Shown here: piece after piece, positions 10,031 to 19,793 of the stretch
Position numbering within the stretch: position 1 is the first letter of the stretch
Layout: each line of letters starts with the position of its first letter
DNA from: an uncultured Desulfurococcales archaeon
GTDB taxonomy: Archaea; Thermoproteota; Thermoprotei_A; CAZTBM01; SZUA-1508
DNA length: 64,000 nucleotides
NCBI GenBank assembly: GCA_964611985.1
Contig: CAZTBM010000002.1
Span: 12,802 to 76,801, forward strand
Direction: 5' to 3'
Notes under the pieces: generated by a model
What the model was told of the DNA's origin: nothing
Seen by the model: only the letters and a program-made list of their open reading frames with translations
The model's database searches: none
Made by a program: the position numbers and the translations under genes

Positions 10031-10204
10031 GTGCAACTACCATGTCCAGTATGTGGAGGATCTGTCGAAGTACCAGATGATGCCATTCCTGGAGAAATAC
10101 TTGAACATGAAGAATGTGGTATTCAGCTTGAATTCTACATCGACGAGAATAATAATCCAAGACTTAGAGTACTAGATAGCATCGTTGAGGACTGGGGAGA
10201 GTAG
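10031..10204 (+). CDS. Second LysW-like amino-group carrier protein (CCHC zinc-ribbon type)
   Basis: Missed by the ORF track (57 aa). GTG start preceded by GGTGAT SD-like motif. Translation MQLPCPVCGGSVEVPDDAIPGEILEHEECGIQLEFYIDENNNPRLRVLDSIVEDWGE* has CxxC…HxxC and the same C-terminal EDWGE tail. Immediately upstream of argX. Confidence 0.75.
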   Translation: MQLPCPVCGGSVEVPDDAIPGEILEHEECGIQLEFYIDENNNPRLRVLDSIVEDWGE

Positions 10205-10211
10205 AAGACTA

Positions 10212-11060
10212 ATGAATATTGGGGTAATATACGATATTGTAAGATGGGAAGAGAAGGCAATAATAGAGGCTATAAGAGATAAAGGTCATAAACCTATTCT
10301 TTTCCATGTTGATTCTCTCTCATTTAAAATATCTAGTAAGATAGATTTTAATAATATCGACATAGCCATACAACGATGTGTAAGTTACTATAAGGCATTA
10401 ACCTCAACATTAATATTTGAGGAAAACGGAGTTTACGTTGTCAACCCCTCCCCCACCCTCACTTTATGTAGTAATAAATTACAAACAACACTTAGGCTAG
10501 CTAAAAATGGTATACCTGTCCCAGAGACATACATAGCATTCACGAAGGAACAAGCATCAAAGATTCCTAGGAAGTTAGGATACCCTATTGTACTAAAGCC
10601 AATTCTTGGAAGTTGGGGGCGTCTTCTGGCAAAAGTAAACGATGATGACGCATTATCTGCAGTTTTTGAACACAGAGATTACATGTACAATCCAATATAT
10701 AAAATATACTATATTCAAGAGTACATTAACAAGCCTGGTAGGGATATAAGAGTATTTACTATAGGTGACGAAGTTCCAGTAGCGATATATAGGGTTTCAA
10801 AGCATTGGAAAACAAATACCGCCCTTGGAGGTAAAGCTGTAAAAGCTGAAGTAACTGACGAGCTAAGGGATTTAGCGTTTAAAACATCTAAAGCTATTGG
10901 TGGAGGAATTTTAGGAATAGACATACTAGAAGACCCAAAGAGAGGGTTCCTCGTAAATGAGGTAAATGCTGTCATAGAGTTTCGAAATACTGTAAGAGTG
11001 ACTGGTGTAAAACTTCAGTCATTAATAGTTGGTTATCTTATCAAGGAGGCTAGAAGATAA
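10212..11060 (+). CDS. argX: Carrier-protein-glutamate ligase ArgX (ATP-grasp, LysX paralogue)
   Basis: ATP-grasp paralogue of LysX (MNIGVIYDIVRWEEK…; EVNAVIEF). The track ORF begins at 10185, but ATG 10212 gives the conserved N-terminus. Confidence 0.75.
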   Translation: MNIGVIYDIVRWEEKAIIEAIRDKGHKPILFHVDSLSFKISSKIDFNNIDIAIQRCVSYYKALTSTLIFEENGVYVVNPSPTLTLCSNKLQTTLRLAKNGIPVPETYIAFTKEQASKIPRKLGYPIVLKPILGSWGRLLAKVNDDDALSAVFEHRDYMYNPIYKIYYIQEYINKPGRDIRVFTIGDEVPVAIYRVSKHWKTNTALGGKAVKAEVTDELRDLAFKTSKAIGGGILGIDILEDPKRGFLVNEVNAVIEFRNTVRVTGVKLQSLIVGYLIKEARR

Positions 11061-12214
11061 TGCTTGAGTATCTTAAAATATACAAGCCTACAGGCATAAA
11101 ACTAGTTTATGGAGAAAGACAGTACGTATGGGATGAGAGGGGTAAGAGGTATCTAGATTACCATACGGGCTTTGGTGTAGCCTTTCTAGGACATAGACCT
11201 CGAAGAGTAATTGAAGCACTAAGAGAGCAAATGGATAAAATTATGGTTACATCATTATCTTTTGACTGTGATATTAGGAAGATGCTTCTTCAAGAATTAA
11301 GTAGAATCGTACCACAAAGCTATAGCTATGTTGTATTACAGAATAGTGGTACAGAGGCTGTAGAAGCAGCATTAAAGATTGCGAGGAAGGCTACTAGAAA
11401 GAGTAAAATCGTAGCATTCATCGGTTCATTTCATGGAAGAACCTTCGGAGCCCTTTCTATAACATGGAATCCGAAGTATAGGGAACCCTTTAAACCATTA
11501 CTTCCTGAAGTAACATTTCTACCTTGGAATAAAGTTGACTACCTCGAAAAAGGTATAGATGAAAATACTGCAGCGGTAATCTTAGAATTGGTTCAAGGTG
11601 AGGGAGGAGTTAACCCTGCAGATAAGGAGTTCGTAAAAGCAGTTTATGATGAGACTAGAAGGAAGAATTGCCTGCTCATAATAGATGAGATACAAACCGG
11701 CTTTGGGAGAGCAGGCACAATATGGGCTTTTCAACAGTACAATGTTGAGCCTGACATATTTACTGCGGGTAAAGCTATGGGCGGAGGCTTTCCTGTAGGT
11801 ATTGTTATAATGAAGAAGAATGTGGGTGAAGCTATGGTTCCTGGAGAGCACGGTTCAACGTTCGGAGGTAATCCATTAGCTTGTGCAGCCATAATAGGCT
11901 CTATAAGGACGTTAATTGAGGAGGATGTTGTAAACCAAGCTAGGGTAAAAGGAGAATTACTAATGAAGATGCTTAATGAGGAGCTTTCAGAACTAAGAAT
12001 TATAAGAAGAATAAAAGGACTAGGATTAATGTTAGGCATTGAGCTTAGGAAAACGCCACAAAACATCCTAACGATGTTACAAAACGAGGGGCTTCTAGCT
12101 TCAAAAGCAGGACTTACAACAGTTAGACTACTACCTCCATACCTTATAGACCATGACAACATAGTGTGGTCAATAAGCGTGATAAAGGATGCTATCTCAA
12201 AGTTATATGGTTAA
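11060..12214 (+). CDS. lysJ: Class-III PLP aminotransferase (LysJ/ArgD, acetylornithine / LysW-aminoadipate-semialdehyde aminotransferase)
   Basis: 384 aa. …SGTEAVEAALKIARK…, DEIQTGFGR(A/T)G and GKAMGGGFP Lys-PLP motif typical of ArgD-family aminotransferases. Confidence 0.85.
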   Translation: MLEYLKIYKPTGIKLVYGERQYVWDERGKRYLDYHTGFGVAFLGHRPRRVIEALREQMDKIMVTSLSFDCDIRKMLLQELSRIVPQSYSYVVLQNSGTEAVEAALKIARKATRKSKIVAFIGSFHGRTFGALSITWNPKYREPFKPLLPEVTFLPWNKVDYLEKGIDENTAAVILELVQGEGGVNPADKEFVKAVYDETRRKNCLLIIDEIQTGFGRAGTIWAFQQYNVEPDIFTAGKAMGGGFPVGIVIMKKNVGEAMVPGEHGSTFGGNPLACAAIIGSIRTLIEEDVVNQARVKGELLMKMLNEELSELRIIRRIKGLGLMLGIELRKTPQNILTMLQNEGLLASKAGLTTVRLLPPYLIDHDNIVWSISVIKDAISKLYG

Positions 12215-13271
12215 ATCATTAATGGAAATTCTAAGAATATACAGTCCGTCCGGGAAGGAAGAGAAAGTAGCTACATACCTCTATAATCTTATGTGTAATT
12301 TGGGATTTGAAGAAGTATACATAGACAGTGTAGGAAATGTTCATGGAATATTTGGTAAAGGGCCAACATTACTTATGCTTGGGCATATGGATACTGTGCC
12401 TGGTTTTATACCTGTAACATTAAAGGATAACACCATCTATGGTCGTGGAGCCGTAGATGCAAAAGGACCATTATTGGCAATGATTTTTGGTGTAGCTAAA
12501 GCTCTACACTCTAATAACGATATTCCATTTAAAGTTCATATAGCAGCATTAGTCGATGAGGAAGGTGATAGTAAAGGTGCGAAGCACTTAATTAACAGTA
12601 ATGTTAAATTCGCCAACGCTATCGTCTGTGAACCAACTAATACTATAGGTGTAGTAATCGAGTGTAGAGGATCAATTCACTACAGAATAGAATGTAAGGG
12701 AAGAGGGGGGCATGCTTCAAGCCCTCAAGTAGGTGATTCAGCATTGGAAAAACTGCTAACTATTATACTAGAGCTAAAGAATATAACAGAAAAGAACCCT
12801 GATTTATCTATAACACCAACAGTTCTTGAAGCTAAAAGTGATGCTCCAAATAAGCTACCTGAGAATGCACACGCAATTATTGATGTAAGATACTCAGCAA
12901 ACATAAACCTAAAGGATCTTATAACAACAATAAGTAATATAACCACCAAGTGTGGCTGCTATATCAGACCTTTAAGTGAGCCTGTTCCTCCATTAAAGGT
13001 TAGCATTTCCAGCCCTATAGCTAGAGCTGTTATTAGAGGAATATTGAAGATAGGTAAAAAGCCCATAGTAATGAGGAAGATGGGAACAAATGATGCTAAT
13101 ATCCTTTCAGCTTTAGGTAAAAATTTAGTGATATATGGACCTGGAAACTCTAAACTAGCTCATTCCAGTAACGAGTCAATTAGCATTAATGAATTCATAA
13201 CAGGAGTTAATGTATATTATTACTCTATACTTGAACTCGCTAAGATAATGAATATTTCATCGTTCTATTAA
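12189..13271 (+). CDS. lysK: M20-family metallohydrolase (LysK/ArgE, LysW-lysine/ornithine hydrolase)
   Basis: 360 aa. M20 peptidase motifs (GHMDTVP; DAKGP; …EEGDS). Last gene of the carrier-protein operon. 26-nt overlap with lysJ. Confidence 0.8.
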   Translation: MLSQSYMVKSLMEILRIYSPSGKEEKVATYLYNLMCNLGFEEVYIDSVGNVHGIFGKGPTLLMLGHMDTVPGFIPVTLKDNTIYGRGAVDAKGPLLAMIFGVAKALHSNNDIPFKVHIAALVDEEGDSKGAKHLINSNVKFANAIVCEPTNTIGVVIECRGSIHYRIECKGRGGHASSPQVGDSALEKLLTIILELKNITEKNPDLSITPTVLEAKSDAPNKLPENAHAIIDVRYSANINLKDLITTISNITTKCGCYIRPLSEPVPPLKVSISSPIARAVIRGILKIGKKPIVMRKMGTNDANILSALGKNLVIYGPGNSKLAHSSNESISINEFITGVNVYYYSILELAKIMNISSFY

Positions 13272-13410
13272 ATGAAACTTAACTTCGAACAGTGTTTACA
13301 TGGGAAAGGAAACTGTAAAACAGTGTAGAAAAGTAGTTTAAAGTTCGTACCTACACGTTTAAATAATCGGAACATGCCCTTCACGAGAATACATATTTAT
13401 ACACGAACTA

Positions 13411-14790
13411 TTGATGCTAACAAGGAGTCATGGATCAAGGTGTGTAAGTACTATGGCAGATGAGAGCGACTCCTGGATTTTCCATAGAGACGTATTTAGG
13501 TATCCCGATTTGCCATTGATAAAGACCCATAGGGTAAGAATGGACAATATTTATATAACGGATACTACATTACGTGATGGCCAACAGGGATGGAGGCCCT
13601 TTAGTGTAAGAGAAATCGTAGACATATACTCATTACTTCATGAGCTAACAGGTGACAGTAAAACTATACATACTAGTGAGTTTTTCTTATATACGCCTAA
13701 AGATAAAGAGGCGTTTAGGAAAGTTAAGGAGCTAGGTTACGAGTATCCAAAGCCTATAAGCTGGTTAAGGGCGACTATGACAGACTTAAAGCTAGCTATA
13801 GAATTTAAGGTTGAAGAGACCGTTCTCTTAACATCCATATCAGACTACCATATACGCTATAAGCTAAGGCTTAGCAAGAAGCAAGTAATGGAGAAATACC
13901 TAAGTGTAATCGAAGAAGCGTTAAGGAATGGTATAACTGTTAAATGCTCCTTAGAGGATATAACTAGAGCAGACATATATGGTACAGTTATACCGTTCGT
14001 TAACATGCTTATGAAACTCAGTGAAAAATATGATATGCCCGTAAAGATTAAGATCTGTGATACTCTCGGTATAGGATTACCTTACCCAGAGATCTTACCA
14101 CCTAGAGGTATACCTCAATTAATAAGAGTCATTCTTGAGGCTACAGATATACCTAGTGAATGGGTGGCATTTCACGGACACAATGATTTCCACATGGTAG
14201 TAGCTAATACACTGGCAGCCTGGCTTAGTGGAGCTGGCGGAGCTGATACTACACTCTTGGGTATTGGTGAGAGGGCAGGAAACTGTCCACTTGAGACAAT
14301 GCTACTATTCTACATACAGTTAAAGGGGCAGGTGGAAGGCATTAATCTTAAGGTCTTAAGGAAGGTTAAAGAATACTTCTTAAGTATAGGCTATAATATT
14401 CCAGAGTTTCAGCCAATACTAGGAGATAACGCCTTTAGAACAAAAGCAGGCATACATGTGGATGGCCTCCTTAAGAACCCTGAAGTATACTTACCATTTG
14501 ATCCCAATGTAACCTTAGGCATACCAGCATCAATTATGGTGAATGTATACTCAGGTAAGGCAGGAGTAATATACTGGATTAAGTCAATGTTCAACTTGGA
14601 TTCTATGGATGATCTGAAGAACGATAGAAGAGTAAATCAACTATACAATGAAGTGATAAAGCTATATACTGATGGAAGAACAGCCCCAGTAAGTGATTAT
14701 GAAATGCTACAATTGGTAAAGAAGTATATGCCCGAGCTTATAGAAAGATATGGCCATAGATTACCCCATTGGCTTAAGAGGTACCTGTAA
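13411..14790 (+). CDS. LeuA/homocitrate-synthase family (DRE-TIM metallolyase) protein; 2-isopropylmalate or homocitrate synthase
   Basis: DTTLRDGQQ (variant of LRDGEQ), FHGHNDFH…ANTLAAW and GIGERAGN signatures of the LeuA/NifV/HCS family. First gene of a leuC-leuD-leuB-type operon. True start may be ATG 13453 or 13540. A TATA-like ATTTATA lies at about 13394. Confidence 0.7.
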   Translation: MMLTRSHGSRCVSTMADESDSWIFHRDVFRYPDLPLIKTHRVRMDNIYITDTTLRDGQQGWRPFSVREIVDIYSLLHELTGDSKTIHTSEFFLYTPKDKEAFRKVKELGYEYPKPISWLRATMTDLKLAIEFKVEETVLLTSISDYHIRYKLRLSKKQVMEKYLSVIEEALRNGITVKCSLEDITRADIYGTVIPFVNMLMKLSEKYDMPVKIKICDTLGIGLPYPEILPPRGIPQLIRVILEATDIPSEWVAFHGHNDFHMVVANTLAAWLSGAGGADTTLLGIGERAGNCPLETMLLFYIQLKGQVEGINLKVLRKVKEYFLSIGYNIPEFQPILGDNAFRTKAGIHVDGLLKNPEVYLPFDPNVTLGIPASIMVNVYSGKAGVIYWIKSMFNLDSMDDLKNDRRVNQLYNEVIKLYTDGRTAPVSDYEMLQLVKKYMPELIERYGHRLPHWLKRYL

Positions 14791-14792
14791 TA

Positions 14793-16049
14793 ATGTCTTT
14801 AACTTTAAGTGAAAAGATATTAACGAGAGCTGTAGGTAGAAAGGTTAGTCCAGGAGAGATAATAGTTGCTAATGTTAATCATGTCTTTGCACATGACGGT
14901 ACAGCTCCTTTAGCCATACAAGCATTAATGGATGAGATAGGCTGTACATCAATATTTGACCCAAACAAAGTCTCTTTCATAATAGACCATGCATCACCTA
15001 GTCCAAGAGTAGAGAATGCAAGACTACATATGTTAATGAGAGATTTTGCTAGGAAACACAATATTAGACTTTTTGATGTAGGTTATGGTATATGCCATCA
15101 AGTAATGGTTGATGAAGGTCTCGTCAAACCTGGTATGATAGTTATTGGTGCTGACTCTCATACTACAACACTTGGCGCACTGGGAGCATTTGCTACTGGC
15201 GTTGGAAGTACTGACGCCGCAATAGCATTAGTAACCGGTAGGATATGGCTAAGAGTGCCGGAGTCCATGAAGATAGTACTAGAAGGAGGTAAACCAGACT
15301 ATATAATGGGTAAGGACATCATATTATACATTATAGGGTTCATGAAAGCCGATGGTGCAACATACAGGGCTGTTGAGTTTCAAGGAGACGCTCTTAAACA
15401 ATTAGACATGGATTCAAGGCTTACAATGTCAAATATGGCTGTTGAGATGGGAGCAAAAGTTGGATTGTTTCCTGTAGATAATATAACCATAAGATTCTAT
15501 AGAGAGAAAGGAGTAGATGTCGAACCATTAAAACCCGACCCCAGCGCTGAATATGCCGATGAAGTATCGTTCAACTTAAGTGCTCTTGAACCACAGGTTG
15601 CAGCCCCACCAAACGTTGACAACGTAAAAGCTATATCAGAAGTTGAAGGTATTGAGGTAGATCAAGTGTTTATAGGCTCCTGTACTAATGGTAGATTATC
15701 AGATCTAGAAGCAGCAGCTAGAATACTAAAAGGCAGAAAGGTAAATAGAAATGTAAGGTGCATTATAATACCAGCATCAAGAAAGATATACCATCAAGCT
15801 TTACGTAGGGGTATAATAGAAGTACTTCTTGAGGCAGGATGTACCATCGGACCTCCGACATGCGGTCCCTGTGTTGGAGCACACATGGGCCTACTAGGTC
15901 CCGGCGAGGTTGCAGTATCAACCTCTAATAGGAATTTCCCAGGAAGAATGGGTGACAAGAATGCAAAAGTCTACCTTGCATCTCCTCTTGTTGCTGCTGC
16001 CTCAGCTATTGAAGGTAAAATATGTGATCCAAGAAAGTACCTAAGGTGA
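14793..16049 (+). CDS. leuC: 3-isopropylmalate dehydratase / homoaconitase large subunit (aconitase family)
   Basis: 418 aa aconitase-family catalytic subunit (…GICHQV…; SCTNGR; CGPCVGAHMG Fe-S ligands). Confidence 0.85.
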   Translation: MSLTLSEKILTRAVGRKVSPGEIIVANVNHVFAHDGTAPLAIQALMDEIGCTSIFDPNKVSFIIDHASPSPRVENARLHMLMRDFARKHNIRLFDVGYGICHQVMVDEGLVKPGMIVIGADSHTTTLGALGAFATGVGSTDAAIALVTGRIWLRVPESMKIVLEGGKPDYIMGKDIILYIIGFMKADGATYRAVEFQGDALKQLDMDSRLTMSNMAVEMGAKVGLFPVDNITIRFYREKGVDVEPLKPDPSAEYADEVSFNLSALEPQVAAPPNVDNVKAISEVEGIEVDQVFIGSCTNGRLSDLEAAARILKGRKVNRNVRCIIIPASRKIYHQALRRGIIEVLLEAGCTIGPPTCGPCVGAHMGLLGPGEVAVSTSNRNFPGRMGDKNAKVYLASPLVAAASAIEGKICDPRKYLR

Positions 16050-16564
16050 TCAAGACCATGGAATTTGTGATTAAAGGTAGAGTTTGGAAATTTGGCGACA
16101 ACATAAACACAGACTTCATAATACCAGGCAGGTACAAGTTTAAAGCTTATAGTTTAGAAGAAATGCTCCCACACGTTTTCGAAGACATAAGACCTGAGTT
16201 TGCAAGGAATGTAAGAAAGGGTGACATAATAGTTGCAGGAAGAAATTTTGGTTGCGGTTCGAGCCGTGAACATGCACCAAGACTTCTAAAGCTTATAGGG
16301 ATATCAGCAATAATAGCTAAATCATTTGCACGAATATTCTTTAGAAACGCAATAAACATAGGACTACCAGTTATAGAGCATAGGGAGTTACCCGATATAG
16401 TAAATGAAGGAAATGAAGTAATAGTAGACTTAGCTAACGGTATACTTAAGTGTCCAAGTAGAAACTATACCTCAACGTTTAAACCATACCCAAAATTCAT
16501 AATGGAGATACTATTATCCGGTGGCATAGTTGAATACGTAAAGTCTAGGGGGTTGAAGCTATAG
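16046..16564 (+). CDS. leuD: 3-isopropylmalate dehydratase / homoaconitase small subunit
   Basis: 172 aa aconitase swivel-domain protein (GDNINTD…; FGCGSSREHA). 4-nt overlap with leuC. Confidence 0.85.
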   Translation: MIKTMEFVIKGRVWKFGDNINTDFIIPGRYKFKAYSLEEMLPHVFEDIRPEFARNVRKGDIIVAGRNFGCGSSREHAPRLLKLIGISAIIAKSFARIFFRNAINIGLPVIEHRELPDIVNEGNEVIVDLANGILKCPSRNYTSTFKPYPKFIMEILLSGGIVEYVKSRGLKL

Positions 16565-16566
16565 CC

Positions 16567-17601
16567 ATGAGAAAGTATAGGATAGCAGTAATACCTGGTG
16601 ATGGTGTAGGTCCAGAAATAGTATCAGAAGCTATAAGGTTGCTCAACGAAGCAGGCTTTAATGCAGAATACATCTATATAAATGCAGGACTCAAATACTA
16701 TGAAAAAACAGGTAAGACAATAGAAGATAATGCGCTTGATATAATAAGAGAGGCTGATGCAGCCTTAAAAGGCCCCATAGCGACACCTGTAGGGCCAGGC
16801 ACCTATGCAAGTGTTAATGTGTTTTTACGTAAGAATCTAGACCTATATGCTAACATAAGACCATTTAGGAGCTGGAGGGGAATAAGTATTCGAGAGAATG
16901 TTAACGTAGTGCTCATTCGAGAAAATCTTGAGGGTCTCTACTCAGGTATTGAGGTAAGAGCAGAAAATGTGACAATAGCACTAAGGATTATCACGAAGAA
17001 TGAAACCTTTAGAATCTGTAGATTCGCCTTTGACTATGCCAAGAAGAATAATAGAAGAAAGGTTACTATAGTCCATAAAGCGAACATTCTTAAGGTGACT
17101 GATGGACTATTTAGGCAAGTATTCTATGAAGTAGCTAAGGAGTATCCAGAATTAGAGGGTGATGAAGTAATAGTTGATGCAGCAGCATATAAACTCGTGA
17201 AAAGACCTCACGAATTTGATGTTTTAGTTACACCAAACCTTTATGGCGACATATTATCAGACTTGATAGCTGGGCTTATTGGAGGACTGGGATTATGTGG
17301 TTCAGCCCAAATAGGTGATAACTATGCAGTTTTTGAGCCTATCCATGGTGTTGCATGGAAGTATGCAGGTAAAGGTATAGCTAACCCCATAGGCGAGGTT
17401 ACAGCAGCAACCCTAATGCTAAGATGGCTAGCTGAGAGAAGACAAGACAAAAGCATCCATAACATAGCAGTAAACATAGATCAGGCTGTGAAGAAGGTTG
17501 TCGAAGAAAAGCGCATTCTAACACCTGACTTGGGAGGAAATGCATCAACAAGGAAGGTTATAGATGAAGTAATAAGTGAATTAAAGAATTTTATTAAATG
17601 A
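16567..17601 (+). CDS. leuB: 3-isopropylmalate / homoisocitrate dehydrogenase (isocitrate-DH family)
   Basis: 344 aa. IAVIPGDGVGPEI N-terminus and NLYGDILSD signature of beta-decarboxylating dehydrogenases. Confidence 0.85.
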   Translation: MRKYRIAVIPGDGVGPEIVSEAIRLLNEAGFNAEYIYINAGLKYYEKTGKTIEDNALDIIREADAALKGPIATPVGPGTYASVNVFLRKNLDLYANIRPFRSWRGISIRENVNVVLIRENLEGLYSGIEVRAENVTIALRIITKNETFRICRFAFDYAKKNNRRKVTIVHKANILKVTDGLFRQVFYEVAKEYPELEGDEVIVDAAAYKLVKRPHEFDVLVTPNLYGDILSDLIAGLIGGLGLCGSAQIGDNYAVFEPIHGVAWKYAGKGIANPIGEVTAATLMLRWLAERRQDKSIHNIAVNIDQAVKKVVEEKRILTPDLGGNASTRKVIDEVISELKNFIK

Positions 17602-17612
17602 ACAAGTCCTTC

Positions 17613-18650
17613 TTATATTTGTGTGAGAATCTTTTCGATGGCCTCATCAACCTTTTGCCCTTCATAAATGACCTTACATATCCCGGTGAAGAATGGTAGC
17701 TCTTTCTCTAGTATAACCTTTCCCTCACCCTCTAACTTCTTTAATAGAGCATACATGTGTCTTGTATTTTCGTATCCCTCGACGACGCCTAGACCCATTT
17801 CCCTTATTTTATTTAGCGCTTGCTCTGGAGTTAACCCTTTACCAAGAAGTCTACCGAAGAGGCCATTTCTTCCACCCTTTACTGTCACATAGAGATCTCC
17901 TAAGCCTGATTGGTCTATGACGGTCTTTTCAGATCCGCCTAGTAGCTTAACTATTTTAGCCATTTCCTTTAACGCTATCGTGAAAAATGCTGCTTTAGCA
18001 TTTCTTAGCTCTTCAACTCCCATTCTCTCTGCAAGACCATCAAGCCATCCTATTCCTATTGCGTAAACGTTCTTAAGGACCGCTGAAGCTTCAGCCCCAA
18101 TAATATCATCTGTTACTTGTATTCTATAGTAGTCTGTTTCAAATTCTTTCTTTAACTCTTTAACCACCCCTATTTTCTCTGAACTGTAAACTGCCACTGT
18201 AAGTCTTCTTGCTGCTACGTCCTTGGCTAATGAGGGACCTGTTACAGCAGCTATTGTGACCTTCTTATCCCTTAGTATCCTCTTAATAGCTTCCGGTATG
18301 AGCATTACCTCTCCATTAAACTCTATTAGACCTTTAGCGACATTAATTAAAACTTGACCGTCCTTTACATAGGGTTTAATGGCTTCTGTTACACCTTTCA
18401 CGCCAGCCGAGCTTACGGCAATTATTATATAGTCTGCTTCTTCAACAGCTTTTCCAAGCTCATCTCGATAGCGTAATTCTACATTCTCAGGCATTCTCAC
18501 TCCTAACTTTGGATGGGGCTGCCCCGCCTTAATGATGTCTAATACTTGTGGACTTCTATTCCATAGTATTACTCTATGCCCTCTATCTGAAATAGGGAAA
18601 GCTAAAGCACTACCCATGGCTCCAGCTCCAAGTATAGTTACGGTTTTCAA
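17613..18650 (-). CDS. gpsA: NAD(P)H-dependent glycerol-3-phosphate dehydrogenase
   Basis: 345 aa. ILGAGAMGSALA Rossmann fold, GPSLAKDV, KNVYAIGIG and …GRNG… motifs of the GpsA family. Confidence 0.75.
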   Translation of the reverse strand: MKTVTILGAGAMGSALAFPISDRGHRVILWNRSPQVLDIIKAGQPHPKLGVRMPENVELRYRDELGKAVEEADYIIIAVSSAGVKGVTEAIKPYVKDGQVLINVAKGLIEFNGEVMLIPEAIKRILRDKKVTIAAVTGPSLAKDVAARRLTVAVYSSEKIGVVKELKKEFETDYYRIQVTDDIIGAEASAVLKNVYAIGIGWLDGLAERMGVEELRNAKAAFFTIALKEMAKIVKLLGGSEKTVIDQSGLGDLYVTVKGGRNGLFGRLLGKGLTPEQALNKIREMGLGVVEGYENTRHMYALLKKLEGEGKVILEKELPFFTGICKVIYEGQKVDEAIEKILTQI

Positions 18651-18699
18651 GATGCATCACCTAAGACAATGTTTGATAAAAAGAATTAAGTGATAAATA

Positions 18700-19785
18700 T
18701 TACTCTGATGATAAAATCTCGGGAAGGACTATTATCTTCATAGGGTCAAGATGTACTTTTATTTCACTACCAGGCTCAAACTTATATGTCGTTGAGGTCT
18801 TAAGTCTTATAGGCCATTTTCCTATTTTTACCTCATAATCTATACCATCACCCGTGTATGTAGCTCTATCAACTTTAGCTAAAAAGACATTTTCCACATT
18901 ACTCTCTGAGGCCACGTGAACGTACTCTGGTCTAACAACTAAAGTTACTTTTTGATCTTTTTTAACTCTCTCCAAATCTGCGTAAGCGAGAATCTCTAAA
19001 CCATCCTCTGTTGAAATTAAGACTTTACCTATAGATGGATCCAGTATCTCCGTTAACCTACCTTCAATGAAGTATGTGACACCTACAAAGCTTGCTACAA
19101 AGAGGTTTACAGGCTTATTGTATATCTCTTCGGGAGTTCCTAACTGGATTATTTTACCCTTATTCATTATAGCTATTCTATCACATATGGCAAATGCTTC
19201 CGCCTGGTCATGTGTAACATAAATTGATGTGATCCCTAACCTCTTTTGGAGTTTCCTAAGCTCAAATCTTACATTCTCTCTAAGTTTTGCATCAAGGTTT
19301 GAGAGGGGCTCATCGAATAATAGTACTTGAGGCTCTATAACTATTGCTCTTGCTACTGCTACACGTTGCTGTTGACCACCACTAAGCTGGTGAGGATATC
19401 GATTCTCCAAGCCCTCTAGCCTTAAGAGTTCAAGGGCCCACTTTACCTTCTTCCTTATCTCGTTCTCTGGAACCTTTCTAAGACGTAATCCAAAGGCCAC
19501 ATTATCATATACCGTCATATGCGGAAAGAGAGCCCAGCTCTGAAACACCATAGCCATATTTCTTTTCTCAGGTGGCACGTTTGTTATATCTTTTCCATCC
19601 AATAATACTCTTCCTTCATCTGGCTTTGTTAATCCAGCAATAATTCTTAGGGTTGTTGTTTTTCCACAACCGCTAGGTCCGAGGAGGCCAAAAAACTCTT
19701 TATCCTTTATCTCAAGATATGGTATGTCTGCTGCTACTGTTTTACCATATATCTTTTTTATCTTTTCTAGAGTTAATCTTGCCAT
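18700..19785 (-). CDS. ABC transporter ATP-binding protein with C-terminal TOBE domain (MalK/PotA/UgpC-like)
   Basis: Walker A GPSGCGKTT, signature LSGGQQQRV, Walker B LLFDEP. About 120-aa C-terminal extension. Confidence 0.85.
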   Translation of the reverse strand: MARLTLEKIKKIYGKTVAADIPYLEIKDKEFFGLLGPSGCGKTTTLRIIAGLTKPDEGRVLLDGKDITNVPPEKRNMAMVFQSWALFPHMTVYDNVAFGLRLRKVPENEIRKKVKWALELLRLEGLENRYPHQLSGGQQQRVAVARAIVIEPQVLLFDEPLSNLDAKLRENVRFELRKLQKRLGITSIYVTHDQAEAFAICDRIAIMNKGKIIQLGTPEEIYNKPVNLFVASFVGVTYFIEGRLTEILDPSIGKVLISTEDGLEILAYADLERVKKDQKVTLVVRPEYVHVASESNVENVFLAKVDRATYTGDGIDYEVKIGKWPIRLKTSTTYKFEPGSEIKVHLDPMKIIVLPEILSSE

Positions 19786-19793
19786 ACTTACTC

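Noticed and set aside
9981-10175. 64-aa ORF from the six-frame track
   Set aside because: It overlaps, out of frame, the clearly LysW-like ORF at 10031-10204. No recognisable features, so it is most likely spurious.
10185-10211. Upstream extension of argX to 10185 (MRTGESRRL…)
   Set aside because: It overlaps the C-terminal EDWGE codons of the second lysW-like gene. ATG 10212 yields the conserved MNIGVIYD N-terminus.
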